A DNA stretch of 64,000 nt from positions 372,001 to 436,000 of the forward strand of contig JAPEUD010000008.1 in assembly GCA_026026165.1 (NCBI GenBank), given 5' to 3'. The translations under genes were made by a program, and so were the position numbers. The notes under the pieces are model-generated. The model searched no databases. It was given only the letters and a program-made list of their open reading frames with translations, and was not told the origin of the DNA. Positions 63,567 through 64,000 of the stretch are shown here, piece after piece (within the stretch, counting starts at the first letter, position 1; each line of letters begins with the position of its first letter). This DNA comes from Sarea resinae. Lineage: Eukaryota.

Positions 63567-64000
63567 ATAGGTAACGAAAGGCTTTTGAGCTGGGGCGGCG
63601 AGCTTCGGTCAAGCGATGCAGAGCAATGCTCCGAGGAAGACACCGAGTCCTCACACGAAACCGAAGGTTCGCCGATTCTTCCACGAAACCCGCATCAATG
63701 GGAGTTTCTTGCTCCAGGGTTCGCTCAGGACGAGTCATATCAGTTTCATATGGGCCCCAATCCTGCATCTGACCTTGCCCGGTTGAGCATAAGCTCATCC
63801 TCACGGGCTTCTGATGGACCCTCCACGGCGTCAACAACATCATCCTCGTCGACACCAACCTTTGCCTTTCGTATCCGGTACACGTCTGATATGGACATGG
63901 ATGTACCTCCCAAACTTGAGGAGCTGGATGACGACGACCAAGGCGATGTCAAGAACATTCCGCTGGCAGAAGTGATGCCTACCCATCCCAACGCACCGCA
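63567..64000 (+). CDS. 5' part of a protein running off the window; acidic/Ser-rich N-terminus, possibly a Zn2Cys6 transcription factor
   Basis: Frame open from 63447 to 64000; first ATG at 63750; in-frame ATA at 63567 in strong context. PPKLEELDDDD recalls OefC-like C6 factors (from memory; no DNA-binding domain inside the window). Confidence 0.55.
   Translation, partial: MGNERLLSWGGELRSSDAEQCSEEDTESSHETEGSPILPRNPHQWEFLAPGFAQDESYQFHMGPNPASDLARLSISSSSRASDGPSTASTTSSSSTPTFAFRIRYTSDMDMDVPPKLEELDDDDQGDVKNIPLAEVMPTHPNAP

Overview
Eukaryotic DNA from a filamentous ascomycete (Pezizomycotina, judged from short GT-AG introns with CTRAY branch points, a dispersed 5S gene and gene content). About 20 mostly conserved, intron-containing genes: ECO1, UGGT/KRE5, TAF12, UDP-glucose dehydrogenase, SPC34, RPN3, an AVO2-like ankyrin protein, COQ1, VMA12, a glyoxalase-domain protein, EMG1, COG5, an AIM9-like phosphotransferase, SYS1, COA6, a DUF2263/PARG-like protein, mitochondrial AsnRS, a Pac2-type WOPR regulator and the start of one more gene at the right edge. 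There is one intact 5S rRNA gene and two small accessory-looking islands (about 2.4-6.2 kb and 33.8-38.7 kb) carrying unrecognised secreted proteins. I found no biosynthetic cluster, intact transposon or novel multi-gene system. The best leads are gene-regulatory: a start codon split by an intron that also creates the stop of an upstream ORF (AVO2), a likely AUA start codon in the last gene, a strongly repeated palindromic intergenic motif TACTC-N1-2-GAGTA, a 12-Cys secreted protein next to a Tc1-like terminal relic, and an orphan intron implying an unannotated transcript. All calls were made by eye, without database searches.
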